DNA from: the human T2T-CHM13v2.0 reference genome, Homo sapiens
Assembly: GCF_009914755.1 (NCBI RefSeq)
Contig: NC_060936.1
DNA: 64,000 nt
Reading direction: 5' to 3' (one strand)
How positions within the stretch are numbered: the first letter of the stretch is position 1; every line of letters begins with the position of its first letter. The notes under the pieces were generated by a model. The model was not told where the DNA came from, ran no database searches, and saw only the letters and a list, made by a program, of their open reading frames with translations. Shown one piece after another: positions 1 to 14,380 of this stretch. The position numbers and the translations under genes are program-made.

Positions 1-74
1 CCACTCTCAGCCTTTTCTTCCTGAGCCTAAACAATCTCCCTTTCTAATTCATTTCTTATAGTTCTTATGACAAT

Positions 75-260
75 ATTCATTGAGTGCTTATAGCAGGCTC
101 CATGCTGTCCATGCAGTATGTGAATATATTTTCATATTCCATTGCAGCAGGCCCTGATATTTTCTCCATTTTACCAACAGAGAAAGTGAGCTTCAGAGAC
201 ATGAAGGGTCTTGCCCAGGGTAACCGCTGGAAAGAGAACCTGTGTAGATCTGGCTCAGGG
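75..260 (-). mobile_element. MIR SINE fragment
   Basis: Degenerate antisense MIR core (ctccattttaccaacagagaaagtgagcttcagaga...ttgcccagggt); boundaries approximate. Confidence 0.6.
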
Positions 261-565
261 TGCACCCACCAACCACTGCAGCACACGTTCTCAAGTTTCT
301 TTTATTCATCTCTGTAGCTCTCATCTGAACTGTCTATACATCCTTGTTTCTTTAGGAAGCACAGAGTGATTACAGTAGTCTAGTAAAAGTCTAACCTCTG
401 CCTAGTATATTACAGAGATTATTTTCATTAATTCCTTAAGCTTCAATCCCATGCATCTATCCACTGGCACTGCTAACTAGTGATGGACTCGGTACACATT
501 ATTACTCTGCAGTGTTCTTCTACTGGACATGCATACAACTGATTCTTTGTAACATTATTGTTTGC

Positions 566-660
566 TAATCAATCACATATTTATTAAATGCTTATCAGGT
601 GCTGTAGGAAGTAGAAATGAAGTATAAACCATCATCAACCTCAGGCAAGCTAATTGGAAG
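566..660 (-). mobile_element. L2 LINE 3' end fragment
   Basis: aatcaatcacatatttattaaatgcttat...aacctcagg resembles the antisense L2 3' terminus. Confidence 0.5.
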
Positions 661-819
661 ATAAAAATATATGAAATTATTGACGATGTTCCTTAAATGC
701 CATCATGAAGTTTAGAATATAAGTATCCTAAGAATGGTGAGAAGAGAGGGCACTATGTCTGGACAACTCTGTTTTTCAAGCTTCTTTCTACTTATCCCTC
801 TCTTTCCCAGTTCTCCCAC

Positions 820-1330
820 TAGTTTTGTGCAGTGAGCAAAGTAAACATCCATGTGCATTTCAATCCAAATGCCAGACTGTGAAAAGAAACATAAGAAACA
901 CTGGGCCTTGAACTGTTCCTTGTATTTGTCCTCAGGTGGACAATGAGCCTCTGATATCGAGTCTCAGCTAATGGGCATACCATAGAGTATCACGTCCAAA
1001 TCACAGCTACAGTCTAAATGAATTATACATATCTTTTTCCATGATCTACCCAGCCTTTCATTTTCATCTCAGAAGATTAGATTAATATGACAGGACTTGT
1101 CCTTTATGAAGTCAGGCTACCCAGTTAAAAAACCTTTTTCTCTTCAAATGATTGCAAATTGATTTTGTTAAGATTTTTATTCTTCAGAAAAGCTGGGGGA
1201 ATGATAATTCCTCATCTCTTCTCTTCTCTCAGTGTATTTGATTTCTTTACACTGGCCTTTTTCCTCTAGCCTTCCGACAGTTTTAATAATTATACACACT
1301 GGTCAGGAAATCAATCATGATTTCAGCGTT
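820..1330 (-). mobile_element. CR1/L3 LINE fragment (RT region)
   Basis: Minus-strand translation near 1075-1120 gives PDFIKDKSCHINLI, resembling the CR1 RT motif QHGFTKNKSCQTNLI; boundaries approximate. Confidence 0.55.
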
Positions 1331-1397
1331 CCTACCGTAGAGATGATGTGGGCTTTCAAATTTAAATCCAAGCAACTCACACAAGTAGCCTAATGTT

Positions 1398-1741
<344 letters not shown>

Positions 1742-2659
1742 CTAGTCCCTGTGCTCCATTCATTTAAAAAGACGTAGATGACTACCTAAATGCTATCAGT
1801 TCTCAAAACTGCCTCCATGTCTGTTAAAGAAATGTAATTTTTTTTCTAATTTTCTTACTGATGAATCAAGAGTATATTTTAAAGGCTGCTTTTATTCTTG
1901 GCATGATGACATTAAGTGGATATACACTAGCAATGGCGCCCATGTGTATTAACACTATAAACAGCAACATAGTTTCTCAACTTTTGCCAAAAAACAGCAT
2001 ATGATCTGAGCTAGAGGTACTTCCAGGTGCAAATAGAGTAAGGCACAATGTTTTTGTCTGTATGTTGATGCTTATTTTGGTTATCTATGTAACAATTTAC
2101 CAACAGAGTTACCAGATCATGGGTTAAGTTTGCAAGTTAGTTTCACACAGATGAAAGATATCTTGGTTTGTAGGAAAATGTCCTCTTTTGTTCATATTTT
2201 TGAGTTCCATGAAGGTGCACAGGTTATCAAAATTTTCATAAGAGTCCCCAAAAGACCTCTCATCAAGAAACTCCATAGTATTAGTAACCTAGTTACAGTA
2301 AGTTATTAATATTGAAATCTTCGGTGACGAAGGGTAAGTTTGTCTCTCCTTAATTCTCTCAACTTCTTAATCCTTTCCTAATGTAAGGGAGAATAACCTC
2401 AGATTCCCCTCTCTGTTCCTTCACAGAAAGGCAAAGTTTCACCACAATAAAACTCTTCAGCTACCTAATTGTCCTTATTTATTAAATATGCACTAAAAGA
2501 GGATTTTCACTTTGCTCAGTGAATGCCTTCTAGAGTCAGAATTAGTTAAGCTTCCTTCTTTGATATGTCAACTCATCATATCCATCATGCCCAATTTTCC
2601 TTTTAGACTACCTGCCCTGGTTCACAGCTTCAGCTTTTCTTTGCACATTAAGTATTGTT

Positions 2660-3163
2660 AATCAGAGGTGGGTACCTGGCCGAAGCAGACCATCTTGCAG
2701 CTGCCCAGTGCCTGCAGTCTGGGCCTGGCTAGAAAAATGAGCCAGAACCATCAGATCCTCTGTCTCTCTCAGGAGTCTGAACCAAAAAAACTTGAAAGAA
2801 TGGCAAGTCTTTCACCTATAACATGAAACAGAGTAAGGGCCCTGACAACCAAGGTCATGGGCACTGTGAAGTAATGAGGAAGCAGAAGCTATGGGATAGC
2901 AGGGGATGCCTGCAGTAGAGAAGGAAGTGGCTCAGATGCAAGTGGAAAGCAAAGAACCCAAGATCTTCAAAATACAGACCATATGTCCTTGAGGAAGACC
3001 CAGTAGGGAGCCAGCTGGGGAGTGGTCTTAGTTCCTCTCGGCTTTCCAACTCTAGGCACAAATATCCTCGTAGTAAATTGCCTGGTATTTTGTTTTTATT
3101 TTGTTGGTTGTTGTGCAACAACTTAGTTAGTCTTTGCTCCTGCTAATTAAAAGAGCCTAATTA
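2660..3163 (+). mobile_element. Ancient ERVL/MaLR-type LTR remnant
   Basis: accatcagatcctctgtctctctcaggagtctgaa and 3' end ...taaaagagcctaattaa resemble old MLT1/LTR33-class LTRs; very diverged. Confidence 0.35.
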
Positions 3164-3176
3164 AAAATAAGCAGGT

Positions 3177-3507
<331 letters not shown>

Positions 3508-4791
3508 TTACTATTTCCTTGTTTTACAGTATCATTCTTGGAATTTATTCTACAGCTTCCCATTTTCATGAGGCAAACATCTGCCTCCATGACGTTTACC
3601 TTGCTCAGAATGCAACACAGCAGAGCTAAGGTGAGAGTCAGGTTTAGTCCCCTGGCCTGAGACAGGGGACAGAGTGCCCTCAGTAATGCAAGGTCACTCA
3701 CACAAGAACCCTCCCACCCCCTCAAGGCCCTTTTCTTATTTCCCATTCTGTTTTCATCCCCTGTCTGGTTGTAATATTCATTCAAGTGTGGCTTTTTTTT
3801 GTCACACGGTTCTCAAGATGGATGGCAAGCTCACCACATTCATACTCAGTGTTTCGTGCATATGCTCCCAAGTTCCCAGGCACGTCTCTGGAGCTGTAAG
3901 GGTATACATTTGCAGCATTTCTCCATCTGTTCTTTCATCTATCCAGCCACTGGTGTTTATTCAGTATGCAGCTCATGGCTAACAGAGAATTGGGCATAGC
4001 AAGCAGGGACAATTTACTTGGCGATAAAGTCAAATCATGCACTTGAAGATTTATAGTTTGCTTGGAGATTAAATACTGTTTGCATCAGCAAGCTGAGTAA
4101 TAGATGCTAACAAAACCATATCGCCTTCACAGGCATAGCAAGGGTTAATCAGAAGTTGCTTACAAACGTGCCCCCCAAATAATAAATAAGCAGGTAGATG
4201 GGGGCTGGTATCCCAGATTATGTGGGGATAATCAAAGATGAGTGAAGCTGCATGAAACCCTGGGATATGGTGGCTGCTCCACATGTCTGAAGCCAGTGGG
4301 ACTCACACAAACCTCCATTAGGACTTGAGGAAGGTTCTTTGTGCAATATCAAGCAGATGTTAAACTATGCGGAAAGTTAGCTATTTATTTTATCTGAACT
4401 TCTATTTTGTTTGAGTTTCTGCTCATCTTTATATGGTTCTTGGTTTCTAAAATTTTCACTACATCCAGTTCTCTGCAGCTGCAAGAAATGAAATTTCTCC
4501 TATCTTGCTCTGCTCTCTCAAGTACCTTATCAGTGGGTCCTGAACAAAGGCCAGATTCACCAGTATTCAGCTTTTCCTCATTGCACATAAGGCTGATCTG
4601 CACTTTGTTCAAATCACATCATTCCCCACATCCTTAAGAATTTAGGATGAAAGAACTGGCTCTGACCATCAAGGTTACAGCTTTGTTTCTTCCAAATCAT
4701 TGGGTGTTTCACACTGGCCAATGAAGTGTCCATGATCACTTCAAAAGAATTTAATGTTCATTGACACTGACCAAGTCTGATTCACTTTGAA

Positions 4792-4869
4792 TATATCAGA
4801 ATATGACAAGGTAAGACATTAAGTTTACCCTATATCAGAATAAGACAAGGTAAGATATTAAGTTTACCC
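4792..4869. repeat. 39-bp tandem duplication (2 copies, 2 mismatches)
   Basis: tatatcagaatatgacaaggtaagacattaagtttaccc followed by tatatcagaataagacaaggtaagatattaagtttaccc. Confidence 0.95.
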
Positions 4870-5106
4870 TCTGTAAAATGGTGGTTAAGCCGTTGTCAGA
4901 AAGACTAGTTTCTGAAATATTTAATAGGCTTCACAGAAATTTGGTGTGTGAGAGGAGGTTACAGAGTTACTTGTTAGCACAGATTTAAAAGTCAAATAAA
5001 CATCAATTTAGCCCTTGGTATTAGCGTCTCAACACAAGCCACAAAGAGAGTTAGATATGTGCTATTTATTCCTGAGAATAATGGTCTAAAGGTATTCTGT
5101 AATGGA

Positions 5107-5203
5107 CAGGCCCTGGTGTGTGTTGTTCCCCTCCCTGTGTCCATGTGTTCTCATTGCTCAGCTCCCACTTATGAGTGAGAAGCTGGAAGCCATCATCCTC
5201 AGG
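5107..5203 (-). mobile_element. Short rearranged L1PA fragment (3'UTR piece plus inverted ORF2-end piece, no poly-A)
   Basis: 5107-5181 is antisense L1 3'UTR (ccctgtgtccatgtgttctcattg...cccacttatgagtgagaa); 5179-5203 is sense gaagctggaagccatcatcctcag. Confidence 0.85.
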
Positions 5204-5419
5204 CAATTTATTATGAGGATATATGTGCAGAGTTGGAAAGCTGTGAGGAACTAAAGATATTCTGTAATGGATTCTATCTGACAAGAACCAGGGGCACCAG
5301 CCTCCAGAAACCCCTACAAAGTTTTACTCCCCGTATTTCTTCCCTAGGTGCCTCAACTTTCTGAATGATTTCGACAACTGGTTTCTGTAGCCACCACTTC
5401 ACAATGGCTCCTAAGTAAC

Positions 5420-5781
5420 TGATATGGTTTGGCTCTGTCCCCACCCAAATCTCATCTTGAATTGTAGCTCCCAAAATTCCCATATGTCATAGGAGGGACC
5501 CAGTGGGAGGTAATTTAATCATGGGGGTGGATCTTTCCTGTGCTGGTCTTGTGATAGTGTATAAGTCTCACGAGAGCTGATGGTTTTATAAAGCAGAGCT
5601 CCCCTACATAAGTCATCTCGTCTACTGCAATGTAAGACATGCCTTGCTTCCCCTTCACCTTCTGCCATGATTGTGAGGCCTCCCCAGCCATGTGAAACTG
5701 TGAGTCAATTAAACCTCTTTCCTTTATATATTTATCAGTCTTGGGTATGTCTTTATTAACAGCATGAGATTAGACAATACA
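5420..5781 (+). mobile_element. THE1 (THE1B/C-like) MaLR solo LTR
   Basis: tgatatggtttggctctgtccccacccaaatctcatcttgaattg...aataca, TG...CA ends, 5-bp TSD gtaac/gtaaa. Confidence 0.93.
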
Positions 5782-5913
5782 GTAAAAAACTAAAATTTAG
5801 ACTTTCGTTTTGATAAACCTACACAGTTTTACAAAGAAAGATTTAGTAAGTAGCCAAGGTAACAAAGCAATAATTTCAAAACAGAGCAGAAGCATATTGC
5901 TGCTATAAAAAAA

Positions 5914-6115
5914 AAAGAACTGGATTTGGAATCAGAAATTTAGATTCAAATCTGAATACTTAGCTGTGTGATCTTTGAAAGGTTATTTACCATATCCAAA
6001 CCTCATTTTCCTCCAGAATATAAAAGTGCTAATTCTTAGCTCATAGAACTGTAAAGAGGATTAAATGAAACACTACATAAGAAAGTGCTCAGTACAGTGC
6101 CTAGCACACAGTAAC
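5914..6115 (+). mobile_element. MIR
   Basis: ctggatttggaatcaga...cctcattttcctc...gaggattaaatga...cagtgcctagcacacagtaa. Confidence 0.8.
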
Positions 6116-9100
6116 TTCCCTGGTTCATTAAGTGTGAATCTATTGACCACATATTATAGCCAAGAATATACGTGAGGATGCGTTTCATTTCATATTGGTT
6201 TACAAACTGGTTACGTTGTTAAATTAACCATCACTTTCATTGTCCTCATCATCTAAGCATCAGTCATATCTGATCAAAAACACAGCTTCCGAGTTTGACT
6301 GGTCCTTCAATGCAACCTAGAACAGCATGGGCTCCTGAGTTGTCCCTTCTGAATATGTCAGAACACTCCACCTCCTCAGGGCCTGGTGTGGGTCCCACTG
6401 ATTTTTCCCATGACTTTAGGTCATTCACTCAGCTGGATGATTGCTATGATTCCTGGCCCAAGAGAAATATCTTGCCTCTTTCCTGCTTCTTACTATATAG
6501 TCAGATGTCTGAAGAATGTTCAACAACCCATTGAGGATACTGATTCCACTGTTCCATAAAAGTCACGTTCTTCAGCTATTATTCCCAGCTATCACCCGGT
6601 CTCAGATGGATCAGCTCCCTCTGGGGAGGTTTGGTTTGTGCCACTGATGGCTCTTTTACCATCAGGTTACCTTCCTTTGCCAGCCACAATTCCACTTCAC
6701 TATCTTAAGGAAAACAATCTCTTTCTTCCCATGTGAAAATCTAGATTTCCTCTAGGCTTGTCCACTCTGAGTTCTTCCCCAATCTGAGGAATGCCACCAG
6801 CTTTTTGTCTCATCTGCAGACTGGTTTGCTCTGAGCATAAAGAAAAGCTAAACCACCCACTTCTCACTCCCATTCATGCCCCCTGCTCAGTCGACAAGCT
6901 CCACCCACTTGCCCTGATTCTTTGGGATGATTCATCAGCTACAGTGTACTCGCTGAAGTATCAATTTAATATCAGCGCATCATAATTTTACAATATAAAA
7001 TTCTCTAAGCACACACATAAAATAATGCAAAGTAATTCCTACTGATAAAGAAGCAGTATTTAAATCATGTCTGCACAGAGTAAATACCTGAACTAAGAGC
7101 AAGAAGAGGTAAGGCGGAAGTAAAACTTGAAATTCTGAATATCTGAATCACTTAAGACACAATTCTATCACAGGCAAGTTTGCAACCTTGTAAGAGGTTT
7201 TTTTTTCTTTTACAAATCAACCAATTTCTAAATATCTTCACAGGACTATAAAATAATCACACTTTCCATTGCTATTTCTCAGGATCAAAGCCACCCCCTG
7301 CTCTATAGCAAATGTATTCTCATTTAACAAAGTCTCAGCCTCCATTCTCACCCACATCCTCAAAGGTGAAGTAAATGCTCTAAGGTCCATCCTCTGGAAG
7401 GGCCCAGAGATACCATGGACTATAGATGGGTGGATTTCACACTCCAACACAATCATAGGAAGAACTCTTGAGCAGCCCCAGACCAATGGGGTGATGGGTT
7501 GGAGGGGACAGTTAGAACTGCAAAAGTGACCAGTGTTTCCAGGTACCCACCTAGTGACTCACAGACATGTACTTGGCAAGTTCCTACCCATCCAGCAATA
7601 AAGGAACTGCGAGTCTTTATGAAAGAGACAAAATATCCTCTATTTGGAGGCCTATATTTCCCCCAAGTCTAATTTTTTTAGGTCTAAAGTAGCTAGCATG
7701 TCCTTAGTTGAGTGTGTCCATGCACACACCTGCACAATATTGAATGTTTATGTACAAAAATGCAGAAATGAGTCATCTCAGATCTGTACATGCAGAGCTA
7801 CGCATCTGTCAAATACACATGAGGTGGATCATGGTGCCATGGCACCTAACACTGTTGTAAAAGCAGTTGTCTGCTTCTTCTTTAAGGTGAACACAGAGAA
7901 TCACCTTGGAACAGAAGTCTACATCTTCCCAAAAGTGCTCAAAGGCAAGCAAATGCCTCTTTTTTCTCAGGAGGAGTAAAAGACTTTTGGAGTATGACGA
8001 AACTGTTCTTCTTGGTATGGGCACACTGATCTCTGGAGAAGAGGTGGAGAAAAGCCATAAGGAGCCAAGGATTCTGTTGAGAAAAGAGAGACTGATACTC
8101 CAAACCCCTTCAACATTACTAGAAATTCTTCTGTACCTTGATACAGTTCAGACTGAGACCATGGACAGCAAAGAAAAATGGTGGAACATTCCATGAGACA
8201 GTGGGGAATTTGAGAAAGAATCCAGCTTTACATAAGAGACTAGAGGTACATAGAGGGGAACTAGTTTCACACAGGATAAGGCTGAATCTGGAAGTCCTTC
8301 CAGACATACACACCCTAGAACAGAGGTCCTGCCTTGGGAACACTGGGTGAGCAAATGAACTAACTTAAAATATCGCAAGCCTAAGACAAACCAGAAAAAT
8401 AAGTATAACAGTGTCTAGTACTGGACCACTCAGACTGTCCAGTTCTCTCTTCATCTGAGGTCTAGAAGCAGGCTGACCCATGGCCTGAGTAAACTCCTAG
8501 TGCTCTTGAAAAATCTGGTGTGGATACTAGAGAGAACTTCAGAAGGGAAAACTGCTTTTCTGTTAATATGAGCAGACAGGAGTTTTAGTAGTAAATTTTA
8601 AAATAAGGGATGTGATTTCTCTTTATACCCCAGCTGATAACCAGTACAAATGGGTGCAAAATTGCTTACGCAAAAGATAAAGATAGAACCACTTTAGTCT
8701 AATTTAGATAATTTTGCTAGTGGGTTTTTATCAAAAAGTGAAAAAAATAGAAGTGTAATGTGGTGAAAGGTGAGCATCCAGATGGTGAACTGTGGCTCAT
8801 TTTCCTAATACATGGAAACCAGTGTGACTTCAAGTCAATGTCGTCAGGAAAAGCTCATCCCTGGGACAGCAACTAGGAATAATATGAATGGGAATAGTGC
8901 TGAGTCTAGAAGAGGCGTTTAATAATTTTACAGGCCTCAATTGAGGACAGGGTTATAGCAGAAGGGATTACTATCCACTGGATTACTAATCTTGCAAAAT
9001 CAAGTGTACAAAGCAAGAGTAAATATCATTTTTAAATGGTGCCATAACATGTGCAGTGCCTTTGGTAAAGACATTTTATCAAGAGTTGTCATTGAGGGAC

Positions 9101-9402
9101 ATGTCTGGCAAACAGTTTAGCTTTATGTATTTCCTTTTAAACGCATAACATGCGTTCAATCTTTCCTGAGCACTTACCATATAAAAGGCCCTTTCCTAGG
9201 CACAAAGATTACCAAAAGTAATGGGAAATTATCCTTGATCAAATAGAGTTTACAGTTTTTACACCCAGAATATACAAGTGACACTAATGTAAAGTGAAAT
9301 GTAATTATCACAAAATGAATGAAAACAAATATATGCGGCATAGGAAAGGAAGAGATCACATGTGATCATGAATCAGGAAAGTTCTCATGCAGGAGAGGTA
9401 AA

Positions 9403-9429
9403 ATGATGATGATGATGATGATGATGATG
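9403..9429. repeat. (ATG)9 microsatellite
   Basis: Nine perfect ATG units followed by a degenerate CTG/GTG run. Confidence 0.95.
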
Positions 9430-9784
9430 CTGGTGCTGCCGCTGGTGATGATTATTACCAGGCATTCATGGGATTAGAGGCCAATTCCAGCAGTGGGAAC
9501 AATTTAAACAGAAGTGACGAGTTGGTTCTGAGGACAGTAAAGCTTCAATTAGGCTGTCCCTTCGGCAGATATCTATCAAGTACCTAATAAACACCAAACA
9601 CTGGGTTAAAGGCTGAGGATGGAGACAAGAGCCTCCTAGATCTAGCAGAGGAGCAAAAGATAAACAGAAGATAACATAATAGGTAATAACTATACTGGAT
9701 TACAGGTGGGGCTTGCGAGTAAGAGCTCTGTGGTAAGATTGTCCAGGTAGGGACCAGACTCCATCATCTACAGGCTGTTTATTT

Positions 9785-9930
9785 TAGGCAAGTTAGCCTC
9801 TCTTCCAATGTTTTTCCTTAACTGTGAAGTGAGTTAGGAATGCACCTGCCTCTCCGGGTAAATGAGATGGTACCCGGGAAGCACTTAGCATAGTGCTGGG
9901 CACCAAGTAAGTGCTTAGGAAATAGTACTG
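9785..9930 (+). mobile_element. MIR
   Basis: ggcaagttagcctctc...taaatgagat...aagcacttagcatagtgctgggcaccaagtaagtgctta. Confidence 0.7.
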
Positions 9931-9999
9931 GGAGGCAGGTATTTGTTTGCAGTTCTCTGTCTGCCTATCTGATGTCAAGAAGAAGATAGTTTCTTAGAA

Positions 10000-10265
10000 A
10001 TAGAATTAGGGAAGAATCAGCCAAACATATTAACTTTTCAAAAGTCATTAATACATTTGTATACATTGTATTCAAGAAAATGCATCATTTCCCACTCTCA
10101 TAAGCAGTATATGAAAAGTGTACCATGCCCCATAGTTAATAAATTCTTTTAAATTTTCACTAATTTGGTAGGTAAAATATGATATGTCATTGTTGTTTTA
10201 ATTTCTATAGGATTACAGGGAGGCTAAATATTTTTCATGTTCATTAGTCACATATATTTTCCCTC
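10000..10265 (-). mobile_element. Old L1M (L1ME-like) fragment
   Basis: Antisense ORF2 3' region signature (ggtaggtaaaatatgatatgtcattgttgttttaattt...tatttttcatgttcattagtca). Confidence 0.6.
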
Positions 10266-10282
10266 ACAAAAATAGTCTTCCC

Positions 10283-10864
10283 CAGTGTGGCAATTCCTCA
10301 AAGACCTAAGAACAGAAGTACCATTCAACCCAGCAGTTCCATTACCGAATATACACCCAAAGGAATATAAATCATTCTATTATAAAGACACATGTACACG
10401 TATGTTCACTGCAGCACTATTCACAATAGCAAACACATGGAATCAACCTAAATGCTCATCAATGATAGACTGGATAAAGAAAATGTGGTATATATACAGC
10501 ATGGGATACTATGCAGCCATGAAAAGGAATGAGATCATGTTCTTGGCAAGGACATGGATGGAGCTGGAAGTGGTTATCCTCAGAAAACTAATGCAGGAAC
10601 AGAAACCAAATACCACATGTTCTCACTTATAAGTAGGAGCTGAATTATGAGAACACATGGACACACTGGGGGAAATAACACACACTGGGGCCTGTCAGGG
10701 GTTGGTCAGGGGAAAGCATCAGGAAGAGGAGCTAATGGATGCTGGGCTTAATCCCTAGGTGATGGGATGATCTGTGCAGCAAACCACCATGGCACACGTT
10801 CACCTATGTAACAAACCTGCACATGTACCCTTGAACTTAAAATAAAAGTTAAATAATAAAAAAA
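10283..10864 (+). mobile_element. 5'-truncated L1PA (older, about PA13-like) 3' end
   Basis: ORF 10285-10632 is the L1 ORF2 C-terminus (MFTAALFTIANTWNQPKC); 3'UTR and A-tail follow. Confidence 0.92.
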
Positions 10865-13469
10865 CTTCCCATTTTATAAATTGGGAAATTCTGAATTTTA
10901 GGAATTTTGGAAATTTTGGTAACAGAATTTCTCTTTGCACTTAAAGAGTCAGGAAAGATATAGTCCTTGAAAATTACTGAGGAGAACAAATTAATATAAT
11001 CTTACACGACAGCACACATGTGCTAGTTCATTTCTTATCATATTTTAGGGAAAAAACAGAAATAAACAAGATTAATACTAAAGCAAGTGTGTGGGATTTG
11101 GGGAGCGGGAATTAGTGGGGATTAGAGCAGAGACAAGAGAATAAGCAGAAAACCTTTCAGATAAAAAGATGAATATAGGTAACAAAACAAAGAAAAAAGG
11201 AAAGACAGTGAGAGGAACATGATTATCAAAGCAAGGCAAAGAAATGGAGGAGAGGAGACAGGAGCCCCCAAAACTTCTTAAAATTAATACATTTATTATT
11301 TTATAGCCTTTCATTTCCTACCTCTGTACTTAGAAAAGTGTAGCTTTGGCTGTGCTGCTTGTGCTGCACAATGAGCAATAATGCAGGCAGGAGAGATTAA
11401 TAATACAGCGGGGCAGAGCAAGGGGACACTAATGGGTGTCCCTAAGGTGCAAGTTCTCAGAGCCAAGGGAATCCCAAGCCCTATCCCATTAACCTAGTGG
11501 CTCCCTCTCTGTCCTGACCTGAGGTGAACAAGAAGAATCTAAGTAAGAATCGCTTCTGAATATGGATGTTTCAGCCCACATCCCCTTTGGAATGTCCCCT
11601 CCTGGTACTAGAAACGCAAGGGCCACACAGAAAATAAAGAGTTAAAAATGGGGCCAGGAATGGGCATGAATTGACACCAAAAGCTGCTTCCTCTCACCAA
11701 CTTCCTGGAGAAGCTTCTTTTGCTCAAGAGTGATCACCTGGCCAAACTCTCATCTACATCCTGACCACTCAATAGTTTCCAGACTCCTCTAGACCTCTTC
11801 TTTTCCATGTCAATTTCAGTCCACCTCACCTGTGCCAGGAATCTGCAGGAAAGGCAAGTTGGGAAAAGGGAAAGAGGCAGAAGGAAGAGTTAAAGGAGGT
11901 CACTATCCACACTGCACTGAAGTATTCCGCAATACCCATCTTCAGAATAAGGACCTGGGAGGAGGCAGGGCTGCAGCTGTGGCTGCAAGATCCACAATGG
12001 CTGGGATTCAAGGCCCCTAAACAAGAGAAGGTGCCTAACGCTTGGTGCCTTTCCATCACTGGCTCCTGGAGAACATGGGTGATTTCTCTTCCAAAGTCTT
12101 AGGATTCCTTAGCCTTTCTCCTTTGTTCTCCTTCCCTAAAGAACACTGATATTCAGAATAGATGCATCACATATTAAAGGTGCTAAGTATTTGCCTGCAG
12201 CTCACAAGCTACAGGTGCTCCTCCCTCTTCTTGGGCAGTCTTATTGGTTTTGGTCCAAACATCAACTCTGAGGCTAGCACAATCTCTCCTAAATTTTTTA
12301 CAATATCTGTGGTCTACTTTTTCTCAGTCTCTTTCCAATTTCCTACGTCTGCCTTGATTGTCTGCTATGGTTCTACCTAAAACAATTGAAATTCAAAGTC
12401 AAGCCTTAACTGGTTTCTACACAAAGGAGAAAAAAATCTACCTGTTGCATCCATTCTGTGAGCTTAATAATCTTGCAGACTTGGGTAGACCCAGGGAAAG
12501 ACCGTGTTGTTGATAGAGTGGACTTTCCCTATCTCCATGGTTGTTCCACACCTCTGCCCCGCTCCTTTCTTCCTCAATTGTCCTCCCATTCTTGAAGATT
12601 AAATATATGGTTTTCTTATTTTTATCTTATTCATGTAATTCTCTATATCAAGAACAGCTTCTCCCACTCTGAATCCCCTCAAACTCTCAGCTTCTACCCC
12701 AGGTGGATTTTTCAAGTTGTTTCTTCTGAAGAATGTATTACACTCTCTGAAAGGTATTCTGGAGAACACAACTTTCTTCGATCATATTACATGATGGTGC
12801 AAATCATATAAAATTAGAGAAGTTACAAGTTACAGTTCCCCATAAGCACGGCACCTTTAACAGCCAACCAGAACAGAAGCCAGCCTTAGGGAGGGGACAG
12901 GGTCTTGTGGCTCCTATTCTGCCAGGTATTTGCCCTTTAGGTGCTGACTTACAAGAAAGTCTGGGGGAATAACAGGGCACCCAGAGGCCTCAGAGCAGCT
13001 GCCATTTACTAACTAGTATAGAGAGTTCCTTATCTTAACAACTGCACAACCACATGAGTGCTTACCAGCTAAACTTTAATCAAGTGGCTCATCAAGAACG
13101 ATCTTACTTGATTCCATTTTATTTGGCCAAAAATCTTTTTCCATCTCTCCCCAGTCTTCCTTGTTGTCAAATCACCTGAAACCCGTACTTTTAAGTAATC
13201 CTGTCCCTCACTTGATCGTTCATTCTTCGTTTTATATTTTGGTCCAAGACCAGTGCTCTGAGATTTTTTGGTTTCTAGGAAATCAATCCATTCTTGATCA
13301 AATATTTTTCTTTAATTTGAGGAATTTCTTTAATTGAGAAATTAACCCCTTCAAAGTGACCCAGAATTGCCTCTGTAGGCTTTCTAGGTTACAGATATAA
13401 TATATCCCATAACCAGCTTCCTTTCCTTAACGCGACCCAACCCCTGCTCTGTAACTTGCATTGTTCCTC

Positions 13470-13852
<383 letters not shown>

Positions 13853-13857
13853 TAGAA

Positions 13858-14171
13858 TGGCACTATCCAACAGAAATATAATGCAAGCCACACATGTAAT
13901 TTTAAATAGCCTGGTGGATATATTAAAATAAATAAAATGAAATAGGCAAACACATTTTAATAATACATTTCACTTAATATATCTAAAATATTAATTCAAT
14001 GTGAAATCAATACAAAAATTATTAATGAGGTAATTCATGTGCTTCTGTTCATATAAACCCTTTAATTCCTAGTGTGTATTTTGTGTTTACAACACATCTT
14101 AGTTCAGACTAGCCATATTTCAAGTGCTCAGTTGCTAAATGTGGCTCATGGCTACCATACTGAACACTGCA
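13858..14171. mobile_element. MER33 (hAT-Charlie) DNA transposon
   Basis: gcactatccaacagaaatataatgcaagccac...atttcaagtgctcag...gtggctcatggctaccatactgaacactgca. Confidence 0.85.
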
Positions 14172-14204
14172 GTTAGAGCCAAACGACCTAGTCCAGCTAC
14201 TGAT

Positions 14205-14380
14205 AGCTCCACCACTTCTTAGCTGCTCAAGCTCGGGTAAATAACCTCTCTGTGCCTCAGTTGCCCCATCTGTCAAACGGTAATAATGATAGAACACACG
14301 TCGCAAGAGTCTTATAATTTAGTGAGAAGGCACAATTCCTGAAACAGAATAAAACGTCAATAAATGTCAGCTGTTATTAT
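14205..14380 (+). mobile_element. MIR
   Basis: Core taacctctctgtgcctcagttgccccatctgtcaaacgg; 3' end caataaatgtcagctgttattat. Confidence 0.8.

Noticed and set aside
4792-5271. Short direct repeats as a possible CRISPR-like or repeat-spacer array
   Set aside because: Only isolated two-copy repeats with unrelated units; explained by slippage and target-site duplication in a primate genome.
7644-8378. Cluster of overlapping ORFs on both strands suggesting a pseudogene
   Set aside because: No peptide resembles a protein I recognise, and there is no poly-A tail or TSD.
9140-9156. Hairpin aacgcat-aac-atgcgtt
   Set aside because: A 7-bp stem is expected by chance many times in 64 kb.
11423-11442. 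Hairpin gggacac-taatgg-gtgtccc
   Set aside because: 7-bp stem, too short for a pre-miRNA or other known RNA and not distinguishable from chance.
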